The notes under the pieces: generated by a model
What the model was told of the DNA's origin: nothing
Seen by the model: the letters and a program-made list of their open reading frames with translations, nothing else
Databases searched by the model: none
Shown: positions 45,798-55,451 of the stretch, in pieces
Layout: the number at the start of each line of letters is the position of its first letter
Position numbering within the stretch: position 1 is the stretch's first letter
DNA from: Candidatus Omnitrophota bacterium
Lineage (GTDB): Bacteria; Omnitrophota; Gorgyraeia; Gygaellales; Profunditerraquicolaceae
Direction of reading: 5' to 3'
Assembly (NCBI GenBank): GCA_028716965.1
Contig: JAQUOV010000004.1
Span: forward strand, 8,377 to 72,376
DNA length: 64,000 nt
Made by a program: the position numbers and the translations under genes

Positions 45798-47715
45798 GGC
45801 CGCAAGCCTCCTTACTTCTTTTCTGCCTTTAAATGTGAGCCTGTTTTTTGGCAGGAGGCTGGGGGACCTTATTTATTTCTTTGATGCCCGGCACCGCGGG
45901 ATCGCCTGCGCCAATATCAGGAGGGCCATAGTAATGAATAATGACTTCCTGCAGGCCCGCAAGATAACACGCAGGGCTTATCAGTCTTTTGGCCAGAACC
46001 TTATAGAGATTTCTTTTATCCCGCGCATAAATAAAAAATATCTTGATAAATTCATCCATATTGAAAACAGGCAGTATATTGATGAAGCCTTTAAAAGGGG
46101 CAAAGGGGTAATCTTTCTGGCTGCCCATGAAGGTAATTGGGAGCTTTCTAATATTATCTGTGCCAACCTGGGTTTTTCGTTTATCCTGTTTGTCCGCGAC
46201 CAGGGTTTCGTGCGGCTAAACGCCCTGCTTAATTCTTACCGGCTTAAGCAGGGCGCAAAGATTATCCATAAAAAAACCGGGCTGCGCCAGTTGATTGATG
46301 TGCTTGAAAGCAACCAATCCATAGGCATGACCGTTGACCAGGGGGGCAAGCACGGAGAGGTAGTGAATTTCTTTGGCAAATCCGCCTCGATGTCTACCGG
46401 TGCGGTGAAGCTGGCCCTGAAACATGACTGTTCCATAATCCCTGTTTTTTATACGCGCATAAAAGGGCCTCATACTAAAGTTATCCTGGATCAGGTTTAT
46501 ACGGTAAGCAAAAGCGGGGACCTGCAAAGGGACCTGCGCGATAACCTGGAGAGGCTGGTCAATATTTACGAGAAATATATCCGGCAATACCCCCACGAGT
46601 ATCTCTGGACTTATAAAATTTGGAAGTATGGCAAAGAAAAAGATATCCTCATTCTTTCCGACGGTAAGGCCGGGCACCTGCGCCAGTCTGAAAGCGTAGC
46701 TAAGTTAGCCAGCCGGAAATCAGCTGCCCGGGGGGTAAAGACTACTTTGTCTATTTGCGAAGTGAAATTCCGCACCAGCCTGCGCAGGTTTATATTCAGC
46801 CGGATGGTTGTACTATGCGGCAGGCATCAATACCATCTCTGCCTGCGTTATCTGCGCTATGCGCTGGAGGCAGCAAGCTGGCAGAGTTTGATCGGTTTCA
46901 AGCCCGATATTGTTATTTCCGCAGGGGGTAAATTGAGCGGGGTAAATTATATGCTGGCTAAAATAAACCAGGCTAAATCAATTGTCCTGATGCGTCCGGC
47001 AGCCCTAAACCCAAAGGGATTTGACCTGGCAATTATTCCCGAACACGATATGCCGCAGGGCCGTGGTTTGGCTTTCAGGAAAAATATAGTACTAACCGAA
47101 GGGGCGCTTAATTTGGTGGATGCGGATTATCTAAGAGAAAGGTCAGAGAGGCTGCAGCAGTCAGGTTTTTTGAAAGGGCCTTTGTTGAAACCCTGTATCG
47201 GAGTTTTGATCGGCGGCAATAGCAGGAAGTTTTCAATTACCCGGCAGGCGATAATAGAACTGGCAGGTCAAATCAAGGGGGCTGCTGAAAAGCTTGATGC
47301 GGATATCCTCTTATCCACCTCGCGCCGTACGCCGCCTGAAATAGAACAGCTGCTTAAAAATGAATTTGAAGCTTATCCGCGCTGCAGGCTTTTAATTATT
47401 GCCAATGAAAGAAATCATCCTGATGCCGTAGGCGGCATACTGGGGTTAAGCAGGGTAATTGTCAGTTCGCCGGAGAGCATCTCCATGATCTCCGAAGCGG
47501 TGGCGGCAGAAAGATATGTTATCGTATTTATGGCCTCCGGCCTTAGTATGAAGCATCGGCGTTTCTTGAAAAGTTTTCAGGACAAGAGGTATATATATAT
47601 AAAACAGGCTGGAGAGTTGTTTAGCTCCATTGAAGAGATATGGCAAAACCGTCCTGAGCTTAACTTTTCTGCGGATAACTCAAGGGTAAGCGCAGCTTTA
47701 GATAAAATACTATGA
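45751..47715 (+). CDS. Lipid A lauroyl/myristoyl acyltransferase (LpxL-like) fused to an ELM1/GtrOC1-like putative glycosyltransferase domain
   Basis: AHEGNWE, VDQ, YLWTYKIWK; then LSDGKAGHLRQS, FDLAIIPEHD, LIGG, TSRRTP, ESISMISEA. Confidence 0.85.
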   Translation: MKQNLIADYLSCFLFRAASLLTSFLPLNVSLFFGRRLGDLIYFFDARHRGIACANIRRAIVMNNDFLQARKITRRAYQSFGQNLIEISFIPRINKKYLDKFIHIENRQYIDEAFKRGKGVIFLAAHEGNWELSNIICANLGFSFILFVRDQGFVRLNALLNSYRLKQGAKIIHKKTGLRQLIDVLESNQSIGMTVDQGGKHGEVVNFFGKSASMSTGAVKLALKHDCSIIPVFYTRIKGPHTKVILDQVYTVSKSGDLQRDLRDNLERLVNIYEKYIRQYPHEYLWTYKIWKYGKEKDILILSDGKAGHLRQSESVAKLASRKSAARGVKTTLSICEVKFRTSLRRFIFSRMVVLCGRHQYHLCLRYLRYALEAASWQSLIGFKPDIVISAGGKLSGVNYMLAKINQAKSIVLMRPAALNPKGFDLAIIPEHDMPQGRGLAFRKNIVLTEGALNLVDADYLRERSERLQQSGFLKGPLLKPCIGVLIGGNSRKFSITRQAIIELAGQIKGAAEKLDADILLSTSRRTPPEIEQLLKNEFEAYPRCRLLIIANERNHPDAVGGILGLSRVIVSSPESISMISEAVAAERYVIVFMASGLSMKHRRFLKSFQDKRYIYIKQAGELFSSIEEIWQNRPELNFSADNSRVSAALDKIL

Positions 47716-47792
47716 ACCTCGCACCTTCTAAGTATCCGACTATTAAAGGTATGAGGTTGAATGGATTTATTAAAGAGGAAGGTGCGGGGTGA
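47712..47792 (+). repeat. Family A junction element, short copy
   Basis: ATGAACCTCGCACCTTC...GAAGGTGCGGGGTGA; overlaps the upstream TGA and the downstream GTG. Confidence 0.92.
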
Positions 47793-49882
47793 AGATACTG
47801 CAGATATTACCGGAGCTTAATGTGGGGGGAGTTGAGACCGGGACCCTGGATTTATCTAAATACCTTGTGCGCCTTGGGCATAAGGTAGTAGTGGTTTCTG
47901 CCGGCGGAAAACTGGTGGAAGAACTTCAGGCATGCGGCGCCAGGCATTACACTCTGGCAGTGCATAAGAAATCAATCTTTTCTATATTTAAATTGGTCCC
48001 AGTATTGGCGCAGATCATTAAACAGGAAGAGATTGATATCGTGCATGCCCGTTCGCGCGTACCGGCATGGATTGCTTATTTTGCCTGCCGCAGGACGCGG
48101 GCCGTATTTGTAACTACCTGCCACGGTTATTATAAAAAACATTTTTTCAGCCTGGTAATGGGCTGGGCCAAGAGGGTGATTGTTTTAAGCAATGTGATCG
48201 CCCGGCACATGATTGATGATTTCGCAGTGCCGCATGAGCGCATCAGGCTTATCCCGCGCAGCGTGGATTTAGAGAGGTTTAAATACCTTGACCCCAAGCT
48301 GAAAAGAAAAGATGAATTTAACGTGGGGATCATCGGCAGGATTACTCCTTTAAAAGGCCACTTGCATTTTATTAAAGCTATGGCGCGCATCTCCAGGATC
48401 GTCCCCCGTTTAAAGATCTGGATAGTCGGCGATGCCCCGGCGTCAAAAGAGGCGTATAAGGAAGAGGTGCAGGTGTTGGTGCGCCGGCTCGGGCTCTGGC
48501 ATTGCACAGAATTTTTGGGCACGCAGCGGGATATCCCGGGGATATTGGCGCATTTAGACCTTGTAGTTCTGGCTACTACAACCCATGAAGCATTCGGCAG
48601 GGTGATCGTTGAGGCCCAGGCTTCCGGCGTGCCGGTAGTAGCTACCAAAGTAGGCGGGGTAATCGATATTATTGAGGATGGGAAAAACGGGCTGTTAGTG
48701 CCTCCTGCCGACCACAAAAGTATGGCGGATGCCGTATTACGTATTTTTGAAGATACGCAGTTAGCTCAGAACCTGGCTGAAAATGCCTATATAAAGATTA
48801 AAGAAAAGTATACCGTAGAGTTGATGGTTAAAAATACCCTGGATGTTTACCGTGAAGCATTAAGCAATTTTAAGCTCCTGATAATCAAATTCAGTTCCCT
48901 GGGGGATATAATCCTATCCACGGCGGCATTAAGGGCAATATGGCAGAAGTTTTCCAAAAGCAATTACAAGATAAGTTTCCTGACCGGGGAGGAATCAAAA
49001 GAGGTGCTCTTAAGGAGCCCTTACATTGACGAGCTTTTGGTATGCGACCTGAAGAATAACGATAAAGGGCTAAAAGGTCTATGGGGTATCGGCAGTGTAT
49101 TAAGAAAAAAGCATTTTGATATGGTCATCGACCTGCAGAATAACCGGGCCAGCCATATACTTTCTTATTTAAGCGGCTGTATTAATTGCTACGGTTATGA
49201 CAACGGGAAGTTTTCCTTTTTGCTCCAGCACCGCATTAAAGACGAGAAGCCTCCTATTGACCCGGTAACGCACCAGTTCAGGATATTGAAGATGCTTGGT
49301 ATTGACCTTTTGGATAATGCGCTTGAGCTCTGGCCTTCTTCCGAAGACGTAAAACATATAGAGGAGCTTTTGAATGCCCAATGGTTAAGCCAGGCGCAGA
49401 AAATAGTAGGTATTAATATCAGCGCTTCCAAGAGATGGAGTACTAAGCTTTGGCCGCACCAGTACCTGGTGCGGCTTTGCGAGGAGCTGGGTATGCGCGA
49501 TATCCGCGTGGTAATCACCGGCACGGCCCAGGATTTAGGTGATGCAGAGCTGCTCGTAAACTCTCTTAAGGGCGCAAAGGTTATTAATGCCTGCGGGAAA
49601 ACCACTGTTAATGAGCTGGCGGTTTTAATTAAAAAATGCCATGTATTTATTTCAGCTGATTCTTCCCCTTTGCATATAGCATCGGCGGTGGGGACACCTT
49701 TTATCGCGCTCTTTGGCCCGACTGACGCCAGGCGGCATCTGCCTCCCGGCAAGGACCGCATTGTGATGAATAAGGATTTAAACTGCAGTCCTTGTTATAA
49801 AACTAAGTGCCGCTCTATGCGCTGTATGAAAGGTATTGCTCCGGATGAGGTGCTATCGGCGGTGGAAAAGTTGCTCAGATGA
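47789..49882 (+). CDS. GT4 glycosyltransferase - GT9 heptosyltransferase fusion
   Basis: GGVETGT, HARSRVPAW, EAFGRVIVEA; then SSLGDII, DLQ, DSSPLHIA, LFGPT. Confidence 0.9.
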   Translation: MKILQILPELNVGGVETGTLDLSKYLVRLGHKVVVVSAGGKLVEELQACGARHYTLAVHKKSIFSIFKLVPVLAQIIKQEEIDIVHARSRVPAWIAYFACRRTRAVFVTTCHGYYKKHFFSLVMGWAKRVIVLSNVIARHMIDDFAVPHERIRLIPRSVDLERFKYLDPKLKRKDEFNVGIIGRITPLKGHLHFIKAMARISRIVPRLKIWIVGDAPASKEAYKEEVQVLVRRLGLWHCTEFLGTQRDIPGILAHLDLVVLATTTHEAFGRVIVEAQASGVPVVATKVGGVIDIIEDGKNGLLVPPADHKSMADAVLRIFEDTQLAQNLAENAYIKIKEKYTVELMVKNTLDVYREALSNFKLLIIKFSSLGDIILSTAALRAIWQKFSKSNYKISFLTGEESKEVLLRSPYIDELLVCDLKNNDKGLKGLWGIGSVLRKKHFDMVIDLQNNRASHILSYLSGCINCYGYDNGKFSFLLQHRIKDEKPPIDPVTHQFRILKMLGIDLLDNALELWPSSEDVKHIEELLNAQWLSQAQKIVGINISASKRWSTKLWPHQYLVRLCEELGMRDIRVVITGTAQDLGDAELLVNSLKGAKVINACGKTTVNELAVLIKKCHVFISADSSPLHIASAVGTPFIALFGPTDARRHLPPGKDRIVMNKDLNCSPCYKTKCRSMRCMKGIAPDEVLSAVEKLLR

Positions 49883-49956
49883 ACCCCGTATCTTCTCTAT
49901 TTAACTATTGAAGCCCATACGGGTTAAAGAATTGGTTAAGAATGAAGGTGCGATGA
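49879..49956 (+). repeat. Family A junction element, short copy
   Basis: ATGAACCCCGTATCTTC...GAAGGTGCGATGA. Confidence 0.88.
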
Positions 49957-51053
49957 ATATATTATTTATAGCTAATCATCTTAATATAGGCGGCATATCC
50001 AGTTACCTGTATGCCTTGGCAGGCGGGTTAAGGGAGGATGGGCATAATGTTTATGTTGCTTCCAGCTCCGGCGAGCTTTTGGAAGACTTTGCGTCAGCGG
50101 GTATAAAACATATAACAATTCCGATAAGCACGAAAAAAGAGGTTAGCCCGAAAATTATAATTAGCTTCTTAAAACTCAAAAAAGAGATCAAAAGATATAA
50201 TATTGATTTGCTGCATTCAAACAGCCGGACTACCCAGGTTTTAGGAAGCCTGTTGAGCCGTTATACGGGGAAGCCACATATCTTTACCTGCCACGGTTTT
50301 TTTAAGCCGAGATTCTCGCGCAGGCTTTTTCCCTGCTGGGGCAAGGCCATGATCGCAATAAGCCGAGAGGTAAAGGAGCATTTGATCTCTGATTTCAAGC
50401 TGGATAATGAGAGGATAAACGTAATCAATAATGGCATAGACCTGCAAAGATTTGGCGATTTCTCCGCCCGGCAAAAACTAAGGGAGGGTTTAGGCATAGG
50501 AAACATTCTTTTGGTCGGTATTGTTGCCCGTTTATCCGATGTCAAAGGGCATACCTACCTGCTTAAAGCTATGCGGTCCGTTATAAAGAGTTTCCCTTTG
50601 GTTAAGCTGCTTATCGTAGGCGAAGGGAAAATGAGGGATATACTGGTAAAGGAAACCGAAGATTTAGGTATTAAAGATAATGTTTTATTTTTGCCGCAAG
50701 CAGGAGGCAGGGAAAATGTGCTTGCGGCAATGGATGTTTTTGTCATGCCGTCATTGCAGGAAGGATTAGGTCTGGCACTTATGGAGGCGATGGCACAGGG
50801 GTTGGCAGTTGTGGGCTCGGCAGTAGGGGGAATAAAGAGTTTGATTAAAGACGGTTATAACGGGCTGCTGGTTGAGCCAGCTTGCCCCGAAGCTTTGGCG
50901 CAGGCAATCATGCGCCTGCTTGGCGATGAGCGGATGCGCAATGTTTTAGGCTCCAACGCGCGCAGGTTCATCACCGATAATTTCTCAAAGAAGAAAATGG
51001 TTGATGCGACAGAAAAGGTCTACGAAAAATGTTTAGAGAAAACGGGTAATTAA
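49953..51053 (+). CDS. GT4 family glycosyltransferase
   Basis: GGISSY, NGID, KGH, EGLGLALMEAMA; start at ATG 49953. Confidence 0.92.
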   Translation: MNILFIANHLNIGGISSYLYALAGGLREDGHNVYVASSSGELLEDFASAGIKHITIPISTKKEVSPKIIISFLKLKKEIKRYNIDLLHSNSRTTQVLGSLLSRYTGKPHIFTCHGFFKPRFSRRLFPCWGKAMIAISREVKEHLISDFKLDNERINVINNGIDLQRFGDFSARQKLREGLGIGNILLVGIVARLSDVKGHTYLLKAMRSVIKSFPLVKLLIVGEGKMRDILVKETEDLGIKDNVLFLPQAGGRENVLAAMDVFVMPSLQEGLGLALMEAMAQGLAVVGSAVGGIKSLIKDGYNGLLVEPACPEALAQAIMRLLGDERMRNVLGSNARRFITDNFSKKKMVDATEKVYEKCLEKTGN

Positions 51054-51081
51054 TGTTTATTCTCCGGGGGTATAAGCGTAA

Positions 51082-52119
51082 ATGAGCAAGGTTAAGCAGG
51101 CAGAACGTATCCTTATTTTTAATGTTAACTGGCTGGGGGATGTTTTGTTTTCTACCGCCACCATCAGGAATGTGCGCAGGAATTACCCCGAAAGCTATAT
51201 CGCCTGCGTGATCCCCAGCCGTTGTTACCCGATATTAAAAGGCAATCCGCATCTAGATGAAGTGATTATCTTTGATGAAAAAGACAGGCATAAGGGGATG
51301 CTTGCCAAGCTCAATTTTATCAGGCTGCTGAAGAGCAAGAAATTTGATACTGTATTCCTGTTGCACCGTTCATTCAGCCGGGCTCTCATTTGCCGATTGG
51401 CCGGCATAGGGCAGAGGATCGGCTATCATACCAAAAAACGTTCTTTCCTCCTTACCCGCAGGATTGTTATGCCGAAACAGGATTCCCTACACCGCATAGA
51501 TTTTTACCTGAATGTTATTGAAAAGGCGGGGCTGCGCGTAGAAGACAGGTACCTGGATTTTTCTTTTACCCCCGAAGAAGAAAAATATGTGGATGATTTT
51601 TTAAGCCGGAACTCTGTGCATCAAGATGATCTCCTGGTTGTGCTTAACCCCGGGGGAAATTGGATCCCCAAGCGTTGGCCCAGGGATTATTGGGCGCTCC
51701 TGGCGGATAAATTAATCAGCGAAATAAAAGCGAAAGTGGTCATCACCGGCAGCATCTCTGATTTGCCATTGGTTAACCAGATAAAAGAAAAAATGAGAGA
51801 GAAGCCTTTAGTCTCCTGCGGAGTTTTTAATATAAAACACCTGGGTGCGCTGGCCAGGAGGGCGGATATGTTTATTACCGCCGATACCGGCCCGATGCAT
51901 ATCGCCAATGCCGTGGGGGCTAAAAAGGTGATAGCGATTTTCGGGCCGACGGCCAAAGAGATTACCGGCCCCTATCCGGATACGAATGTGGTTATTTTAC
52001 AGAAAGATACCGGCTGCCTGATACCGTGTTATAGGGTAAATTGCCGGAATAACCGTTGCATGAAAGCGGTTACTCCCGATGATGTCTTGGCGCAAATCAG
52101 GAAGATCAGGAAGAGATGA
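51082..52119 (+). CDS. waaF: LPS heptosyltransferase II-like (GT9)
   Basis: NWLGDVLFST, KRWP, DTGPMHIA, IFGPT. Confidence 0.8.
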   Translation: MSKVKQAERILIFNVNWLGDVLFSTATIRNVRRNYPESYIACVIPSRCYPILKGNPHLDEVIIFDEKDRHKGMLAKLNFIRLLKSKKFDTVFLLHRSFSRALICRLAGIGQRIGYHTKKRSFLLTRRIVMPKQDSLHRIDFYLNVIEKAGLRVEDRYLDFSFTPEEEKYVDDFLSRNSVHQDDLLVVLNPGGNWIPKRWPRDYWALLADKLISEIKAKVVITGSISDLPLVNQIKEKMREKPLVSCGVFNIKHLGALARRADMFITADTGPMHIANAVGAKKVIAIFGPTAKEITGPYPDTNVVILQKDTGCLIPCYRVNCRNNRCMKAVTPDDVLAQIRKIRKR

Positions 52120-54131
52120 AGATACTTTTCGTGACTTTAAGCAATATAGGCGACTGCATTTTGACCCTTCCGGTTTTAGATGCCTTGCGCAACGAATACC
52201 CTCAGGCCCTGATCAGCTGTCTTGTGCCTGAACGGCCTAAGGAAATTTTCATCAACAATCCCGCCGTAGAAAAGATAATCGTTTTTGATAAGCGTTCCAG
52301 CCTGGCGGATAAGATAAAATTGTTCCTTTCTCTGAGCAGGGAAAGGTTTGATATAGTCATTGATTTACGAAACAGCTTTTTCGGGGCCTTCCTGCCGGCT
52401 AAAAAAAGGAGTTCGCCGCTGCGCTTCATTCCGGGCAAGTTCAGGCATATGAAAGATAAGCATCTGTTCTGGGCGGGTTTTGCCGGTTATCCTATGAGGG
52501 ATAAAAAACAGCAATCTTTGGTTATTGCCCCCGAAGATGTTGCTTATATTGAGAAGATTTTGAATAGCCGCGGGCTGACTGACAGCGCTAAATTGATCGT
52601 GGTTTCTCCCGGAGCAAGGAGCCAGGTCAAACGCTGGGATAAGCATAATTTCAGCCTGCTTTGCAGTCGGCTTATAAAAGAAGGCTGGGATATCGCCCTG
52701 GCAGGGGATAAGAGCGATGAGCCTGTATGTGAATATGTTTTTCATGCGGCTCCGGAAAAAATACTCAATCTTTGTTCTAAAACTTCAATCAGCCAACTGG
52801 CTGCCTTGTTAAAAAAATCACGCCTTCTTGTTACTAACGACAGCGCGGTAATGCATTTGGCCAGCTATTTAAATGTCCCGGTTGCTTCAATATTCGGGCC
52901 TACTGATGAAAACAAATACGGTCCCTGGTCGCAGAAGAAACTAATTATAAAAAAAGACATCTTCTGCCGGCCGTGCGAAAAAGCCCAGTGCCGTTTTGCT
53001 ACTCTGGCATGTTTATCTTGCCTGAAGGTTGATGATGTGCTTGGGCAGATAAAGGGTTTGCTTAAGGGTGCGGAAAATCCGGATACCGGCAATACCCGCC
53101 AAAGCTATAGGCGTATCCTGGTTGTGCGCACTGACCGCATAGGCGATGTGCTGTTGTCTACGCCGGTAATTAAAGCTTTAAGGGATAAGTATCCCCAGGC
53201 TTACATTTCCATGATCGTGGCCCCTTATGCGCGGGATATTGTGGAGGGCAACCCGTATCTGGATGAAATTATAATTTATGATAAGGATAACAAACATAAA
53301 GGTTGGCTGCATTCACTTAAATTTGCCCGCAAATTAAGAAAAAAGAGATTTGATTTAGCGGTGATATTACATCCTACCAACCGCATGCATCTGCTGCTTT
53401 TTCTTACCGGGATCCCCAAGCGGTTAGGTTATAAACGCAAATTTGGTTTTTTGAATAATCCGGCAAAAGCCCATCTAAAACAGGAAGGCCTAAAGCATGA
53501 ATCAGAATATAACCTGGATTTAGTGCGCGATTTAGGCATAAGCGGCAATCCGCAGGACCTCTTCATGCCTGTAAGGCAGGAATCAGAGCAGTGGGTCAAT
53601 GATTTATTCTCCGGGTGCGGGATCAAAGAGGCGGATAAATTGCTGGCGATTAATCCCGGCGCAAGCTGTCCCTCAAAGATCTGGCCGGCGGCTAACTTTG
53701 CGCAGGTTGCCGAAATATTAGCCAGGCGGCATAGTTTTAAAATCCTGATTGTCTCCGGGCCCAAGGATACTTTGCTTGCAAACATGATCGCTAATAAAAT
53801 CGGTGAGCAGGCGGTAAACCTGTCCGGCAAGACCTCGGTAAGCCACCTGGCCAGTGTCCTTAAAAGGTGCGTTTTATTTATTTCTAATGATTCCGGGCCG
53901 GTTCATATTGCGTCAAGTTTAGGGGTGCCGGTTGTTTCTATTTTTGGGCGTAACCAGCCCGGGCTTAGCCCGCGGCGCTGGGGGCCGTTAGGCAGGAAGG
54001 ATAAATACCTGCATAAAGACGTAGGCTGCATCCAATGCCTGGCGCATAACTGTAAAAAGGAGTTTGCCTGCCTTAAGGCAATCAGCGTTGAGGATGTGCT
54101 TGCTGCCGTCGAATCCATACTCAAAGGTTAA
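52116..54131 (+). CDS. Tandem double GT9 heptosyltransferase
   Basis: Two modules: SNIGDCIL..NDSAVMH..FGPT and DRIGDVLL..NDSGPVH..IFG. Confidence 0.9.
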   Translation: MKILFVTLSNIGDCILTLPVLDALRNEYPQALISCLVPERPKEIFINNPAVEKIIVFDKRSSLADKIKLFLSLSRERFDIVIDLRNSFFGAFLPAKKRSSPLRFIPGKFRHMKDKHLFWAGFAGYPMRDKKQQSLVIAPEDVAYIEKILNSRGLTDSAKLIVVSPGARSQVKRWDKHNFSLLCSRLIKEGWDIALAGDKSDEPVCEYVFHAAPEKILNLCSKTSISQLAALLKKSRLLVTNDSAVMHLASYLNVPVASIFGPTDENKYGPWSQKKLIIKKDIFCRPCEKAQCRFATLACLSCLKVDDVLGQIKGLLKGAENPDTGNTRQSYRRILVVRTDRIGDVLLSTPVIKALRDKYPQAYISMIVAPYARDIVEGNPYLDEIIIYDKDNKHKGWLHSLKFARKLRKKRFDLAVILHPTNRMHLLLFLTGIPKRLGYKRKFGFLNNPAKAHLKQEGLKHESEYNLDLVRDLGISGNPQDLFMPVRQESEQWVNDLFSGCGIKEADKLLAINPGASCPSKIWPAANFAQVAEILARRHSFKILIVSGPKDTLLANMIANKIGEQAVNLSGKTSVSHLASVLKRCVLFISNDSGPVHIASSLGVPVVSIFGRNQPGLSPRRWGPLGRKDKYLHKDVGCIQCLAHNCKKEFACLKAISVEDVLAAVESILKG

Positions 54132-54181
54132 TTGATATTTTGTTCTTCGAGATATTGTTCGCATGCGAAAATTTCGCCGTG

Positions 54182-54391
54182 CGCTAAGCTTTCCGTCTTT
54201 TGTTTCGGCACGAAGATTTTCGCCGTGTGCTTTAAGTTTACGTCTCGCTGCGGCTGCAGTATACTTACGCTGGTAAGATTCTGCCTTCGCTCGACGTAAT
54301 TCCTCGCACACTTTTGCCGAAAATCTTCTAATTGTGCCTTAAGCAAAAGCCGTAAATCTTAGCGAGAGGCAAGTCTCGGCAAACCCGCTAA
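54182..54391. repeat. Family C long-hairpin repeat, copy 2
   Basis: CGCTAAGCTTTCCGTCTTTTG...CAAAAGCCGTAAATCTTAGCG; paralogue of 29865-30073. Confidence 0.88.
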
Positions 54392-54426
54392 ATTGAATAA
54401 ATATCCATTTGCTTTGGGATTAAATT

Positions 54427-55374
54427 GTGCTAAAATCATTGTCTATGATTGATCCAAAGAAGGTAAAAAGGTATTCTATCAAAACACGCTTCAGTAAGGT
54501 GAATGAGAAGGATTTTGCACTTAAGCCGGCTAAACTTAAGAGCTTCCGCGCCTTCTTAGATTCCTTGCCGGATATCCTTAAAGCCAGGGATTTGCGCGCC
54601 CTTTCTGCGGATGTCGCCTCGGCAGCCAGGAAGAAGAAGGCGGTGATTTTGATGGCCGGCGCGCACGTGATTAAGTGCGGGCTTAACCCGGTGTTAATAG
54701 AGCTGATGAGAAAGAAGGTAATCAGCTGTATCTGCCTTAACGGCGCCGGGATCATCCATGATTTTGAGATTGCCTTTCAGGGCAAAACATCCGAAGACGT
54801 TGCCGAAAACCTTAAAAACGGCAGTTTCGGCATGGGCAAGGAAACCGCGGATTTTATTAATCAGGCGGTTAAAGACGGGGTGAGCGAAGGCTTAGGCCTG
54901 GGCAGTTCCGTGGGAAAGATGATCTCCGATGAGAAATTGGCGTATAAGGATTTGAGCCTGCTTTATAACGCTTATAAATATAATCTGCCGGTATGCGTTT
55001 TCGTGGGGATCGGTACGGATATCATCCATCAGCATCCTTCATTTGACGCCGGTTTAACCGCCGAAGGCTCGTTGCGCGATTTCCACACTCTCGTCGAGAA
55101 GATAAGCTCGTTAAACAAAGGGGGAGTGGTTTTAAATTTTGGTTCAGCGGTGCTTTTACCCGAAGTATTCTTAAAAGCGCTTAACCTGGCGCGAAACCTC
55201 GGGAATAAAGTCAAGGATTTTACTACCGCCAACTTTGATATGATTTATCATTACCGGCCGGCGCAGAATGTGGTGAACCGTCCTACTCATTCAGGAGGCA
55301 GGGGCTATTACATTATCGGCCATCACGAGATAATGCTGCCGCTTTTAGCGCAGGCGGTCATCGAAAAAATATGA
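54427..55374 (+). CDS. Conserved protein with a deoxyhypusine-synthase-like fold, in the LPS locus
   Basis: GAHVIKCGL, NGAGIIHDFE, TSEDV, GTDIIHQHP, GSAVLLPEVFLKA, GHHEIMLPL. Confidence 0.7.
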   Translation: MLKSLSMIDPKKVKRYSIKTRFSKVNEKDFALKPAKLKSFRAFLDSLPDILKARDLRALSADVASAARKKKAVILMAGAHVIKCGLNPVLIELMRKKVISCICLNGAGIIHDFEIAFQGKTSEDVAENLKNGSFGMGKETADFINQAVKDGVSEGLGLGSSVGKMISDEKLAYKDLSLLYNAYKYNLPVCVFVGIGTDIIHQHPSFDAGLTAEGSLRDFHTLVEKISSLNKGGVVLNFGSAVLLPEVFLKALNLARNLGNKVKDFTTANFDMIYHYRPAQNVVNRPTHSGGRGYYIIGHHEIMLPLLAQAVIEKI

Positions 55375-55451
55375 ACCCCGCACCTTTTTTAATTTAGTTA
55401 TTATAAGGTGCAGGGGTTAGAATTCATGAATAAAGAGAAGGTGCGGGGTGA
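55371..55451 (+). repeat. Family A junction element, short copy
   Basis: ATGAACCCCGCACCTT...GAAGGTGCGGGGTGA. Confidence 0.92.
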
